DNA of 64,000 bases, from positions 192,001 to 256,000 of the forward strand of contig OZ223236.1 of NCBI GenBank assembly GCA_965140445.1, in the 5' to 3' direction. Below, one piece after another: positions 35,102 through 46,102 of the stretch; position 1 is the first letter of the stretch, and every line of letters starts with the position of its first letter. A program made the translations under genes and the position numbers. Source of the DNA: Candidatus Ozemobacteraceae bacterium (GTDB lineage Bacteria > Muiribacteriota > Ozemobacteria > Ozemobacterales > Ozemobacteraceae). The notes under the pieces are model-generated. The model was not told the origin of the DNA, did not search any database, and was given only the letters and a program-made list of their open reading frames with translations.

Positions 35102-37984
35102 ATGGCCGAATCAAAATTTTTCAAAGGCGATTGCCAGATTCAAAGGGAAGTTGAAGATCTTGTAACTGATTTAAGATCAACGCTTATCACCAAAAGATTA
35201 AAGGCAGTTAAAGGCCTTGGCAAACTAAAGACACCGCTTGCAGTAGAGCCTCTTTCACAAATTCTTCAGGATAGATCAAAAGAAGTTCGCTGTGCTGCAG
35301 TAGAAGCTTTGTCTTTAATTAACCCCGCAAATTTAACAGAGATGCTTGTCCCGCTTTCAAGAGACAGATCAGCAGACGTCAGACTAAGAGTCGCTCATGC
35401 CCTGAGCAGCAAAGATGACCAGGAATCAACCGAATGCTTAATGAATCTCATGCGAGATCCAAAAGATCCTGTAGCCAATATGGCAGCCAAAAGTCTGGCA
35501 AAGTCTCCTAAAGCAAGTCTTGCTCTTTTAATTAGACAGTTTGGTGACAAATCATGGAAAATTCGCTCCCGCTCTGCAATGGCTGTGAAGCGCATGGGAA
35601 AAGGTGCCGTTGATGCTTTAAAATCTGCCATAGAAGACCCGGATTCAAATGTAAGATTCTGGGCAGCTAGCTGCTTAGGGCATCTTCGTGATAGAACCCA
35701 TACCAGTTTTTTACTTGAAAAGCTAAACGATAGAGATCTTGGAGTCAGAATAGCAGCTTTACGCGCATTACGCGAGATTGGCGACCCCAACGTTGCCAGC
35801 AAGCTTTTTGAAGCATTATCTCAACCTTCAGAACAAATAAGAGATCTTATTTATGAAATTTTAAAAGATTTCGGAACATATTCTATCCCGTATTTGATGG
35901 ATTCATTGTCCAGCGAATATTGGATGGGCAGGGCTCTGGCAGCCCAAGCTCTCACAGACATGGGCTCAGAAGCAGTCTTTCCTTTGGTATCTGCCCTAGA
36001 AAGCCAAGACAAAGAAAGACGCTATTGGGCAATTAAAATTCTGGGAAAAATGAAGGAAAGAAGTGCTTTTCCTGAAATAAAAAAATTCCTTTCTGATTCA
36101 GATCCAGAGATCAGAATGGCAGCACTGGAAGCAATGAGTCACTACAAACTGGTCGACTCAATTCCCCACATAATTGAAAGATTCCTTGATCCAGCATGGG
36201 TCGTAAGAAAGCACGCATGCAAATCAATTGCCTCCTTTGGCGGAAAAGCCGTTCCAACTCTGCTTAAAGCACTTCAATCTGTGGAAGAAGATGTAAGATA
36301 CTGGTCTTTGAGAACCATTGGAGAAATAAAACCAAACGGGATCTACACCCAGCTCGTAACTCTCTTTAAAGATAGATCCTGGACCATAAGAAAAACGACT
36401 TCAGACGTTCTGGGGACCTATGGTGAAGAAGCATTAATGGAATTAACCGGCCTTGCAACCGAGACTACAGACTCAGAAGTCAGATACTGGGTTCTACGCT
36501 CACTCGGAAAAATAGGTTCATCCATTTCGCTCCCACTGCTATTTAAAGCCCTTGAAGATTCTTCAGAAGCAATTCGAGATGCAGCCCAAAAGGCTTTAGC
36601 AAATTATGGAACAAGTATAGTTGAAGACCTTTTTTCACTTTTCAAAAGCGAACAAAGAAGGCTTTTAGAAAGTGTATCAAACACTTTTCAACGAATGGAC
36701 CCAGATGCAGTCGTTCCAATGCTCTGCAGAGCTTTGGGCAAATATGACGAACACGTAAGCTACTGGATTAGAAAAACCTTGTCAGGATTTAAGGAAGCAG
36801 CAAAACCTCAAGTTATTCAGCTTCTAAATAGCAAATCAGATGAAGTCAGAAAACAAGCAATTTTGTGCATGGGACTAATCGGATCAAATCATGAAAGCCC
36901 AATCGTTCTTTCCCATCTCAAGGATGAGTATTGGCCCGCAAGAATTGCTGCCGCAGAAACCATTGGACTTATTGGTGACTCAACAGCGGTAAACCACCTC
37001 CTTGAAGCCCTTGAAGACGAAGATGAAGATCTTGCACTGGCCGCAATTTCATCTATTGGCAAAATTGGCGATGATCAGGCTGTTCCAGGGCTGATATCAA
37101 CTTTGCAACGAGAATCATGGACGCTAAGATTCCAGGCGATAAAAATCCTGGGAGAAATGAGAGTTACCAGAGCCTTTATTGACTTACTTAAACTATTAGA
37201 CGAAGACACTTTGGACCTAAAGGTTCATATTATTAAAGCTATTTCAAGAACCAATCATCAAAAGTGCTATCAGGAGCTCAAAAAAAGATTTGATTCAGAA
37301 ACAGAATTAGACGCAAGACTAGCCTATATAGAAGCTCTCTCTGAAATTGGAAACCCGGAAATTATTCCAGTTCTGGTCAAGCTATCTGGTGAAGACAATT
37401 TATGGGAAGAGCGAAGAGCTGCCATCAAAGCTCTCGGAGTTTTAAAAGCCGATGCCGCCCGAAAGTTCCTGTTAGGCTTATTGAAAGCCAAAGACCCGAT
37501 AATAAGCCGCGAAGCCCTTTCAGCCCTCGGAAATATACTTACTCCAGAAGAATTTAAAAAGACAGAAAAGGCTTTAGATACAGCAAGAAAGCGACAGGAA
37601 ACCTTCCAGAAAGCTTTCAGAGAAGGCATGAAGCAAATGCGCGGTGGTGCAATGCGAGAGGCCGAAAAACTGTTAAAAGAAGCAATTAAAATCAATCCAA
37701 AAGCAGCTTACGTATATTCAGCCCTTGGAAATCTTTATTATAAAACCGGAAAACTTATCGACGCCACTAAAGCATATGTTATGGCAACTAATATCAGCCC
37801 GGAAGACATTACACTCAAGCTGAATCTCGGGATGGTTTATTACAGAAGACAAGCCTTTAAAGAAGCTTTGCAGGTTTTCCATCGCGTAGCAAAAACAGCT
37901 GGAGGCAAAAGTCAGCAAGGCGCATATGCAACCAAAATGTTCAATAAAATCAAGTTGGAAGCAAGCCAGAAAATAAAGGCCTGA
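35102..37984 (+). CDS. HEAT (PBS-lyase-like) repeat protein with C-terminal TPRs
   Basis: Many VRxxAxxALGxIG repeats; AYVYSALGNLYY, LNLGMVYY. Confidence 0.9.
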   Translation: MAESKFFKGDCQIQREVEDLVTDLRSTLITKRLKAVKGLGKLKTPLAVEPLSQILQDRSKEVRCAAVEALSLINPANLTEMLVPLSRDRSADVRLRVAHALSSKDDQESTECLMNLMRDPKDPVANMAAKSLAKSPKASLALLIRQFGDKSWKIRSRSAMAVKRMGKGAVDALKSAIEDPDSNVRFWAASCLGHLRDRTHTSFLLEKLNDRDLGVRIAALRALREIGDPNVASKLFEALSQPSEQIRDLIYEILKDFGTYSIPYLMDSLSSEYWMGRALAAQALTDMGSEAVFPLVSALESQDKERRYWAIKILGKMKERSAFPEIKKFLSDSDPEIRMAALEAMSHYKLVDSIPHIIERFLDPAWVVRKHACKSIASFGGKAVPTLLKALQSVEEDVRYWSLRTIGEIKPNGIYTQLVTLFKDRSWTIRKTTSDVLGTYGEEALMELTGLATETTDSEVRYWVLRSLGKIGSSISLPLLFKALEDSSEAIRDAAQKALANYGTSIVEDLFSLFKSEQRRLLESVSNTFQRMDPDAVVPMLCRALGKYDEHVSYWIRKTLSGFKEAAKPQVIQLLNSKSDEVRKQAILCMGLIGSNHESPIVLSHLKDEYWPARIAAAETIGLIGDSTAVNHLLEALEDEDEDLALAAISSIGKIGDDQAVPGLISTLQRESWTLRFQAIKILGEMRVTRAFIDLLKLLDEDTLDLKVHIIKAISRTNHQKCYQELKKRFDSETELDARLAYIEALSEIGNPEIIPVLVKLSGEDNLWEERRAAIKALGVLKADAARKFLLGLLKAKDPIISREALSALGNILTPEEFKKTEKALDTARKRQETFQKAFREGMKQMRGGAMREAEKLLKEAIKINPKAAYVYSALGNLYYKTGKLIDATKAYVMATNISPEDITLKLNLGMVYYRRQAFKEALQVFHRVAKTAGGKSQQGAYATKMFNKIKLEASQKIKA

Positions 37985-37985
37985 T

Positions 37986-38825
37986 ATGCGCTATTTTTGT
38001 TTGATTATTCTGTTTGGAATACTCTTGGGAATAAGTATTCCAGCTCTGGCAATAAAATACTGTGACTACTGCAACTACAGACTCTCTTCTGATGCAATAA
38101 TATGCCCGAAGTGTCTGAGAAATATTGCATGGGCACTAGCTCCAGCAAGATCAGAGCAAGCAACTGTAATTGTAAGATCTGGAAAAGATGCTTTTATCAG
38201 GCATCCATTTGCACAAAATAGAAATTGGCACGCGGATCGAAATGCCGGCAAAGATCCTTATGGTGCCATTGGCTCATGGGGCTATCCAACATCTCTGCGC
38301 TATCTTATAGCCTTTGATGTTCCCAATGCTTTTTTAATGGCAGGGGTTGATATAAACAACTTCCAGCCCGACAAGGTAACTCTCTTAATTAGAGTTAAAG
38401 CTAATCAGCCCACGCAAAGAATTCCTATAATTGTTTACCCACTCAAAGCTCCATTCATGGAAGGAACATGCCAGCTTGGTCTTCGTTTTTCTCCTGCATC
38501 AGGTGTAACCTGGTTCAATAGGACCCAAAGCATGCCATGGGCAAGCGAAGGTGGAGACTACAACCCATCCGTCAGCGCAGAAGCTTATCTAGAAAGCAGC
38601 AAAATAAAAAATTTAGAACAAACAATTAAAATTGACGTAACCGACATCTATTTAAAAAGGTTTCAGGATTTTAAAAATTCTGGAATATGGGACGATCCAG
38701 GAATGATCATCATGAGAAATCCAGGAATTGCCGGCAATTTTAGATTTCTGGACATTCTCTCTTTTGAATCAGGTAAAAACAAAAACGTCTCTCGAGTTGT
38801 AAGCCCAGAATTGTATTTTCAATAA
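37986..38825 (+). CDS. Exported zinc-ribbon + DNRLRE-like beta-sandwich protein
   Basis: Signal peptide; CDYC...CPKC; DAFI, RYLIAFDV, VTWFNR..PWASEGGDY, IDVTD, PELYF. Confidence 0.65.
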   Translation: MRYFCLIILFGILLGISIPALAIKYCDYCNYRLSSDAIICPKCLRNIAWALAPARSEQATVIVRSGKDAFIRHPFAQNRNWHADRNAGKDPYGAIGSWGYPTSLRYLIAFDVPNAFLMAGVDINNFQPDKVTLLIRVKANQPTQRIPIIVYPLKAPFMEGTCQLGLRFSPASGVTWFNRTQSMPWASEGGDYNPSVSAEAYLESSKIKNLEQTIKIDVTDIYLKRFQDFKNSGIWDDPGMIIMRNPGIAGNFRFLDILSFESGKNKNVSRVVSPELYFQ

Positions 38826-38826
38826 T

Positions 38827-38859
38827 TGCAACGTGTCACAACGTTTTAGCGACGTTGCA
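38827..38859 (+). promoter_or_regulatory. Candidate activator-binding site (UAS) 2
   Basis: TGCAACGT...ACGTTGCA inverted repeat; GTCACAACGTTTTAGCGACGTTGCA resembles UAS 1. Confidence 0.6.
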
Positions 38860-38919
38860 TTTTCCTGATCGAAAAAAGCCAACCCCCCAGAAACCCTTTG
38901 TTTAAGCACTTTTTAAAAG

Positions 38920-38936
38920 TTGGCACAAGCCTTGCA
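38920..38936 (+). promoter_or_regulatory. Sigma54 -24/-12 promoter of Hsp20 pair 2
   Basis: TTGGCACAAGCCTTGCA (GG-N10-GC). Confidence 0.88.
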
Positions 38937-38980
38937 AATATTATTTGTAGTTTTGAATTTTTCAATTCAGGAGGAAAAAA

Positions 38981-39424
38981 ATGTCTATCTGGAATTTATT
39001 AAAAGAAATGGAACAATTACAGAATCAAATGGGTGATCTGGCCAAAACAAACTTTAAGCAATGGCCAAAACTGGCTTTCCTTCCAGGTGTGTCTGCCCGG
39101 CATTTCCCACTTCTGAACCTATCTTCAGACGACCAGAATATCTACGTTGAAGCATTGGCACCAGGAGTAAATACTGAAACTCTGAAAGTAACCGCCTTAA
39201 AAGACATGCTTACAATCAGCGGAGAAAAAACTCCTCTGGAAGTTGAAGAAGACAAATTCCACCGCTCCGAGCGTGCGGCAGGAAAATTCTCCAGAACAAT
39301 AGAAATGCCAGTGCCAACAAACCCTGATGCGGTAGAAGCTGAATATAAAAACGGGATCATAAAAATTACCATCCCTAAAGCTGAAGAAGCCAAGCCAAAA
39401 CAGATCAATATCAAATTGGACTAA
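38981..39424 (+). CDS. Small heat-shock protein (Hsp20)
   Basis: FPLLNL..VEALAPGV...ERAAGKFSRTIEMP...AEYKNGIIKITIPK. Confidence 0.94.
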   Translation: MSIWNLLKEMEQLQNQMGDLAKTNFKQWPKLAFLPGVSARHFPLLNLSSDDQNIYVEALAPGVNTETLKVTALKDMLTISGEKTPLEVEEDKFHRSERAAGKFSRTIEMPVPTNPDAVEAEYKNGIIKITIPKAEEAKPKQINIKLD

Positions 39425-39453
39425 TTTAGCAATCAAACAAAGGAGAAATAAAA

Positions 39454-39852
39454 ATGGCTGAAAAAACCATTCCAACAACCAATAATGAAGAAAATCTCGT
39501 AAAAAGGGAGATCACCAGAAATCCTAGCGCCTATGTGACACCTCTCACAGACATATTTGAAACAGAAGATAGCCTTAATGTTGTTGTAGATTTACCAGGC
39601 GTAGAAAAAGATGGTCTTAAGATCAGTGTTGAAAAAGGCATTCTAACCATAGAAGGTAAAGTAAAAGCGGACGAAACAAAGAGCTATCTATTTAGAGAAT
39701 ATGAGACTTCAAACTTCTTCCGACAATTCGAATTAACTGACACGATTGACCAGGAAAAAATTGACGCAGAATTAAAAAACGGTATTTTGAAACTAAATCT
39801 TCCTAAAGCAGAAGAACAAAAACCAAGAAACATCGAAGTAAAGTTTAACTAA
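39454..39852 (+). CDS. Small heat-shock protein (Hsp20)
   Basis: PLTDIFET..DLPGV...FFRQFEL...AELKNGILKLNLPK. Confidence 0.94.
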   Translation: MAEKTIPTTNNEENLVKREITRNPSAYVTPLTDIFETEDSLNVVVDLPGVEKDGLKISVEKGILTIEGKVKADETKSYLFREYETSNFFRQFELTDTIDQEKIDAELKNGILKLNLPKAEEQKPRNIEVKFN

Positions 39853-39872
39853 CTTTTCCTGATTAAACTTGG

Positions 39873-39911
39873 AAAACCCCTTTCTGATAGTCTTTTCAGA
39901 AAGGGGTTTTT
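39873..39911 (+). terminator. Intrinsic terminator
   Basis: AAAACCCCTTTCTGA/TCAGAAAGGGGTTTT. Confidence 0.85.
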
Positions 39912-39995
39912 GTTAAAAAAATATTTCCTTGACATAGCCATGTATTTTAAACAAATTATCTTCTCGTAAAACCAGTTCTTTTTGTGGAGGAATTT

Positions 39996-40658
39996 ATGCG
40001 ACTTTCAATTTCCAGACTGCTTAAAACAGCAGCAGCATTTGCAATTATGGGTGTAGCAATTACAACAAGCCCAGTCATGGCCGAACTTGATGGCTCCATG
40101 AGAGACCAAATGGAATTCCTCGACTTCTCAGAACATATGATAAGAGAAGGGCTTTACCCAAAAACAGGTCATGATGTTTTTGATCGGGACAAAAAAGGCT
40201 TTGTTAGAGGCATTAGGCCGCATAATGCTCCAATGATATATGAGCCAGACGTATACACCTGGGAACTTGCAATGGCAGAACACAATAAAAAGCTTGCCCT
40301 CGCAAAACCGATGGCTGTAGCAATCCCAGTCTCTCCAATGGTTACACCTTCTCCAATGACTCCACCTCACCTTCTTCCGGCGGCTCCTGCACCAGTCCAG
40401 TTAACTCCAATTGGACCACAGGCAGTCATGGAAAACCAGGAAATGCTACCACCAAACGCTAACGAAAGAATGGCAAGGATGGCATATAGAGCAAGAGCCA
40501 GAGGACTTTACCCCGGAAGAGATCTCAGAGCTGAAAAAATTAAGCAAAAGCTTGTGGATCACATGAATTCATTAGGGCAAAATTCAGGCTATATACCAGC
40601 TCTTATGCCCGCATTGCCAAAAGGAAAAGCTGGTGATTCTTACGATAGTGAATTCTAA
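39996..40658 (+). CDS. Exported Pro/Met-rich hypothetical protein
   Basis: GGAGG RBS, signal peptide ending VMA, own terminator. Confidence 0.75.
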   Translation: MRLSISRLLKTAAAFAIMGVAITTSPVMAELDGSMRDQMEFLDFSEHMIREGLYPKTGHDVFDRDKKGFVRGIRPHNAPMIYEPDVYTWELAMAEHNKKLALAKPMAVAIPVSPMVTPSPMTPPHLLPAAPAPVQLTPIGPQAVMENQEMLPPNANERMARMAYRARARGLYPGRDLRAEKIKQKLVDHMNSLGQNSGYIPALMPALPKGKAGDSYDSEF

Positions 40659-40669
40659 TAAAAACTAGT

Positions 40670-40711
40670 AAGAAAAGAGATGTCACCATACGGAGACATC
40701 TCTTTTCTTTT
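40670..40711 (+). terminator. Intrinsic terminator
   Basis: AAGAAAAGAGATGTC/GACATCTCTTTTCTT. Confidence 0.8.
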
Positions 40712-40734
40712 ATCATTTATAGTCGCGATTAAAT

Positions 40735-40768
40735 AAAAAAGACCGAGCAAACCTTGCTCGGTCTTTTT
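40735..40768 (-). terminator. Intrinsic terminator of eno
   Basis: AAAAAGACCGAGCAA/TTGCTCGGTCTTTTT. Confidence 0.85.
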
Positions 40769-40783
40769 ACATTAGCAGATAAA

Positions 40784-42097
<1,314 letters not shown>

Positions 42098-42261
42098 TTA
42101 GTTATGTTTTTCACATTTCCTATGGGGCGTAGTTTATCACATTTTTAGAAGCTTAAAAAGGCAAATTTAATTGTCTTTTTGTCGGTAGTTAAAAATCCCC
42201 GAAAACAGTTAATTTGAGCAACAAACTAAGTCCTGTGAAAACTTCAAAAGGATCTAAAATG

Positions 42262-42291
42262 AAAAAAGCCCGGAAAATCCGGGCTTTTTTT
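42262..42291 (-). terminator. Intrinsic terminator of secG
   Basis: AAAAAAGCCCGGA/TCCGGGCTTTTTT. Confidence 0.85.
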
Positions 42292-42300
42292 CTCAATAAC

Positions 42301-42696
42301 CTAGTTGTTAGCAGGATCTGTTGTCGCTGCCGGTGCCGGTGTTGGCACTGCTGTTGCTGGAACAGGAATAGACACAGGAGCTGCAGTCTCTGCAACTGGC
42401 GTTGTGATAGGCGCCGCTGGAGAGGAAGACAGTTCTATGTTTGGAGTATCAGAAGATACTTCCCAGTTTGGCAGGTAAACAGATATGAGGAGAGAAGTAA
42501 TCATGAACACAACTGCCATTGTAGTGGTAATCTTTGACATAAATGTTCCGGCGCCTCTTTCTCCGAATACAGTAGAAGAAGCTCCTCCACCAAAAGCACC
42601 TGCAAGACCTTCGCCTTTGTCAGCCTGCAATAGAACGATAACGATTAAACCAATACATACGATAAAATGAATAATTTTAATAAGAATGGCGAGCAT
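42301..42696 (-). CDS. secG: Preprotein translocase subunit SecG
   Basis: VLLQADKGEGLAGAFGGGASSTVFG between two TM helices. Confidence 0.95.
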   Translation of the reverse strand: MLAILIKIIHFIVCIGLIVIVLLQADKGEGLAGAFGGGASSTVFGERGAGTFMSKITTTMAVVFMITSLLISVYLPNWEVSSDTPNIELSSSPAAPITTPVAETAAPVSIPVPATAVPTPAPAATTDPANN

Positions 42697-42808
42697 GCCC
42701 TTCAGACTCCTTTGTTAACGGTACATTAATCTCGGGTTTTTGAGTCTATCAATACCCCGTGAAAAAGTCAATTTTTAATTATCATGTAATTTAATTTATA
42801 TTGAATTT

Positions 42809-43645
42809 CTATGCTGCAGATTTATTCATATCGTGAATATGAACATCTCTTTGAGGAAATGGAATCGAAATTCCTTTTTCATCAAAAGTAAGTTTTACTT
42901 TTTCAATTGTATCAAAATAGAATGTCCAATAGTCAGCACTATTAACCCATGCCCTGACAGTAAAATTCACACTAGAATCTGCCAATTCTGACACTGCGAC
43001 CATATGAGCGGGTTCTTTAAGCACTCTTGCATCAGAAGTAACAATATCTAACAAAGTTTGCTTAACCAATTTGAGATCGTCGCTGTAACCAACTCCAAAT
43101 ACAAAATCAACTCTCCTTGTTTCCATAGTGGAGAAATTCGTAATGCAATCTCCGGCTAATTTAGAATTTGGAATAATGATTACTTTATTGTCAGCGGTCG
43201 TCATTATTGTATTAAATATGCCTATTTCTTTTATTACCCCAGACTGGCCGGCTCCGCTAATAAAGTCTCCAACCTTAAACGGTCTGAGGATAATGAGAAG
43301 AACTCCAGATCCAAGATTTGAAAGCGAGCCTTGCAAAGCAAGTCCAACCGCGAGACCGGCTGAACCCAATATAGCAATAAATGAAGTTGTTTTTACCCCA
43401 AGGTTGCCCAATACCATTAACCAGATAACAATCTGTAAAACGGATTTTACAACTCCACTTAAAAAACCAACTACAGTTGAATCAACTTTTGATTTCTCAA
43501 GAATTTTCTTAAACATTCCAGTCAGGGCATTAACAACAAACATACCCAAAACAAGAATTGCAATAGCGCCAACAAGCTTTACTCCCCAATCGAGAGCCAT
43601 TCCATAGGCCATATTACCCAAGGCTTGCCAGTCAATATTTTTCAT
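42809..43645 (-). CDS. mscS: Small-conductance mechanosensitive channel
   Basis: AGLAVGLALQGSLSN, RPFKVGD, IIPNS, GISIPFPQRDVH. Confidence 0.95.
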   Translation of the reverse strand: MKNIDWQALGNMAYGMALDWGVKLVGAIAILVLGMFVVNALTGMFKKILEKSKVDSTVVGFLSGVVKSVLQIVIWLMVLGNLGVKTTSFIAILGSAGLAVGLALQGSLSNLGSGVLLIILRPFKVGDFISGAGQSGVIKEIGIFNTIMTTADNKVIIIPNSKLAGDCITNFSTMETRRVDFVFGVGYSDDLKLVKQTLLDIVTSDARVLKEPAHMVAVSELADSSVNFTVRAWVNSADYWTFYFDTIEKVKLTFDEKGISIPFPQRDVHIHDMNKSAA

Positions 43646-43786
43646 TATTTTTCTCCGAAATTAAATTTTCCCAAATCTACCTTTTTACAATCGCACGGTC
43701 AATGCACAAAGCAAATTAGCCCATAAGTTGTTAGAGAATTTTAATTCTGTTATACTCGCCAGAATTCAACAAAGCAGAAGACACAT

Positions 43787-46102
43787 ATGACAAGCACTTT
43801 GCCTAAAGAAGGATTATCAAATCAAATCTTAAAAACAATTCTCCCTGGATTAGCATTTTTCTTATCCGGGTTTGCCGGTCTGGCTTACCAGGTTATCTGG
43901 ATCAGAGCATTTTGTGACATAGTCGGCTCTACATCTCAAGCAACAGCCTGTATATTCAGTGCTTATCTTCTTTCTCTTTCCCTGGGTGGGTATTTGATTA
44001 GTTTTTTCAAAGTCTCATCTAAAAAATCTTTATATTTGTATGCGATACTCGAAACCTTTATAGGAATTTTTGCATTTTTAATTACGCCATGGTTGATGAC
44101 TGATGTTTCTGAAATAACCCAATTTATTGCTCAGACACGGCACATGGGATTAGCCGCAACAATTGCAGCAGACTTTGGAGTTACTTTTATTTTCATTTGT
44201 CTTCCAGTAATGGCCATGGGCGCGACTCTCCCATTAATGGCAAATGGAATCCCAGAAAAAGCCGGAGATCGTGACTACACGTTACTTCTCTACGGAATAA
44301 ATACCATCGGAGCCGCTATAGGAGCTGCATCAACTGGATTTATTCTGGTCAAATCCTTTGGCTTTACTAATACTCTCGCTTTTTCCATGTTTCTGAATTT
44401 TTTAGCAGCAGGAATTGCCGTATTCCTTTCTTCAAGAAAGAATTTAGGTTTAAAAATTGAAGCCGACGATCAAATCGTTGAAAAACAAACACTCTCGACA
44501 CAAAGTGAGCAGATAAATATTTCCGACCTTCCATCATGGCTTGTAAACCTACTGGCTTTCAGTAGTGGTTTTATAGTTCTTGCAATAGAAATTTACTGGG
44601 AAAGAGCCGCCAAATTTTTCGTTGGAAACAGAATTCAAGCTTCCTCGCTGCTACTTTTTTCGGTTTTGATTGGTCTTGGGGTGGGTTCTATTGTTGTAAA
44701 AACCAGACCAGAAAAATTTCCCGCCATAAATTCAAACAAAAAAATGGCTCATGTTTTCTGGCTAAATTCACTCATCCAACCAGTTCTGTTTGCCATTATT
44801 CTTACTCTGATAAAATTAAATTTATCGGAGCAACTTCCATATTTACTATTGCTTCCAATTGGTCTTGCAACAATGGTTTTAAGCCTTGTTCTTCTTGGAA
44901 CAATCTTCCCTTATCTTTTAATTTCACTCAAAGGTTTAAAAGAAAATACAATAAACAGCATAGGAAAAGCCCTCTTCTTCAACACCGCCGGATGCGCTTC
45001 AGGCAGTCTATTTGCAGGGTTTATTGGTGCCAGATATCTTGGAACCCCATTAAGCATTTTATTGCTTTCAGCTTCTTTGCTTGTCTTAAGTTTGAAGCTT
45101 TCTCATAAAGATTTTTTCTCAAATAAACAAAAACTAGCTTCAAGCATTGCTGTATTTGTGGTTTTTGCTCTCCTGTCTTCGAGTCTATCTCCGTTTGTTT
45201 TCCCTGCAGACGCAAAAGTCCTTTTTAAAAGTGAAGATGAATATGGATTTCATAGCATTTTCATGAGTAAAGGGCAGATGTATGCCAGAACCAATAAATC
45301 CTACCTTGTGGCACCAGCCGGAACAAAAAAGACAGCCTGGGCGCAACAAGCAGCAGCTCACTTTCCCATGTTTTTTTCAGAGAAAGCAAAAGACATACTG
45401 GTAATCGGTAATGGATATGGAATTACCGCAGGAACTTTCCGGCTTTATTCAGAACCAGAAAAAATTGAGACCGTTGAAATAATGCCTTACATGGTCACTG
45501 AACTAGAAAAATTCGGGCCATACAATTTTGCATATTGGCAGGACAAAAGGTTCGAAACATTGTTAACAGACGGAAAGTCTTTTGTGGAGCTAGCATCAAG
45601 AACATGGGACATTATCAATTTAAACATTTCAGACCCAACACTTGAAGGAAGCGCGCAATTCTATACAATCAGCGCTTTAAAAATGCTCAAAAGCAAAATT
45701 AATAAAGGCGGAATGCTAACTGTTCTGGTTTGGGGAAACGCAATCAACAACATTTTAAAAACTCTGCATCAAGTTTTTCCCGGATTGATTCTTTTCCCCG
45801 CCTACTCTGGAAGTTATATAGCTCTTTGCCCTGTTGATTCAGACATAGACTGGCAAAACAGCATTCATTCAGATAGATTAACCCCAGAAGCGCTTAATGT
45901 ATTCAAAGATTTTGGAATTTCAAACCTGCCTCAATATATCTCTGACAGCGCAAAAGTCGCAATTCACTATTCGTCAGAGCTTAAAAGGGATGCACTTAAA
46001 CCCGAAGTGAAAATCCACACCATTGACAGGCCTGTAATAGAGTATGTTGTGGGAGGCGGAGAATTAATATTCACTTTTAATTCAACGATGATAAAACAAT
46101 GA
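43787..46102 (+). CDS. Fused multi-TM/spermidine-synthase-like SAM-fold protein
   Basis: FFLSGFAGLAYQVIW, LYGINTIGA, ILVIGNGYGITA, VEIMP, DGKSF. Confidence 0.85.
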   Translation: MTSTLPKEGLSNQILKTILPGLAFFLSGFAGLAYQVIWIRAFCDIVGSTSQATACIFSAYLLSLSLGGYLISFFKVSSKKSLYLYAILETFIGIFAFLITPWLMTDVSEITQFIAQTRHMGLAATIAADFGVTFIFICLPVMAMGATLPLMANGIPEKAGDRDYTLLLYGINTIGAAIGAASTGFILVKSFGFTNTLAFSMFLNFLAAGIAVFLSSRKNLGLKIEADDQIVEKQTLSTQSEQINISDLPSWLVNLLAFSSGFIVLAIEIYWERAAKFFVGNRIQASSLLLFSVLIGLGVGSIVVKTRPEKFPAINSNKKMAHVFWLNSLIQPVLFAIILTLIKLNLSEQLPYLLLLPIGLATMVLSLVLLGTIFPYLLISLKGLKENTINSIGKALFFNTAGCASGSLFAGFIGARYLGTPLSILLLSASLLVLSLKLSHKDFFSNKQKLASSIAVFVVFALLSSSLSPFVFPADAKVLFKSEDEYGFHSIFMSKGQMYARTNKSYLVAPAGTKKTAWAQQAAAHFPMFFSEKAKDILVIGNGYGITAGTFRLYSEPEKIETVEIMPYMVTELEKFGPYNFAYWQDKRFETLLTDGKSFVELASRTWDIINLNISDPTLEGSAQFYTISALKMLKSKINKGGMLTVLVWGNAINNILKTLHQVFPGLILFPAYSGSYIALCPVDSDIDWQNSIHSDRLTPEALNVFKDFGISNLPQYISDSAKVAIHYSSELKRDALKPEVKIHTIDRPVIEYVVGGGELIFTFNSTMIKQ

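Noticed and set aside
43128..43607. Long antisense ORFs (also 54392-54949, 35395-35802 and others)
   Set aside because: Lie opposite well-supported genes and show no recognisable motifs
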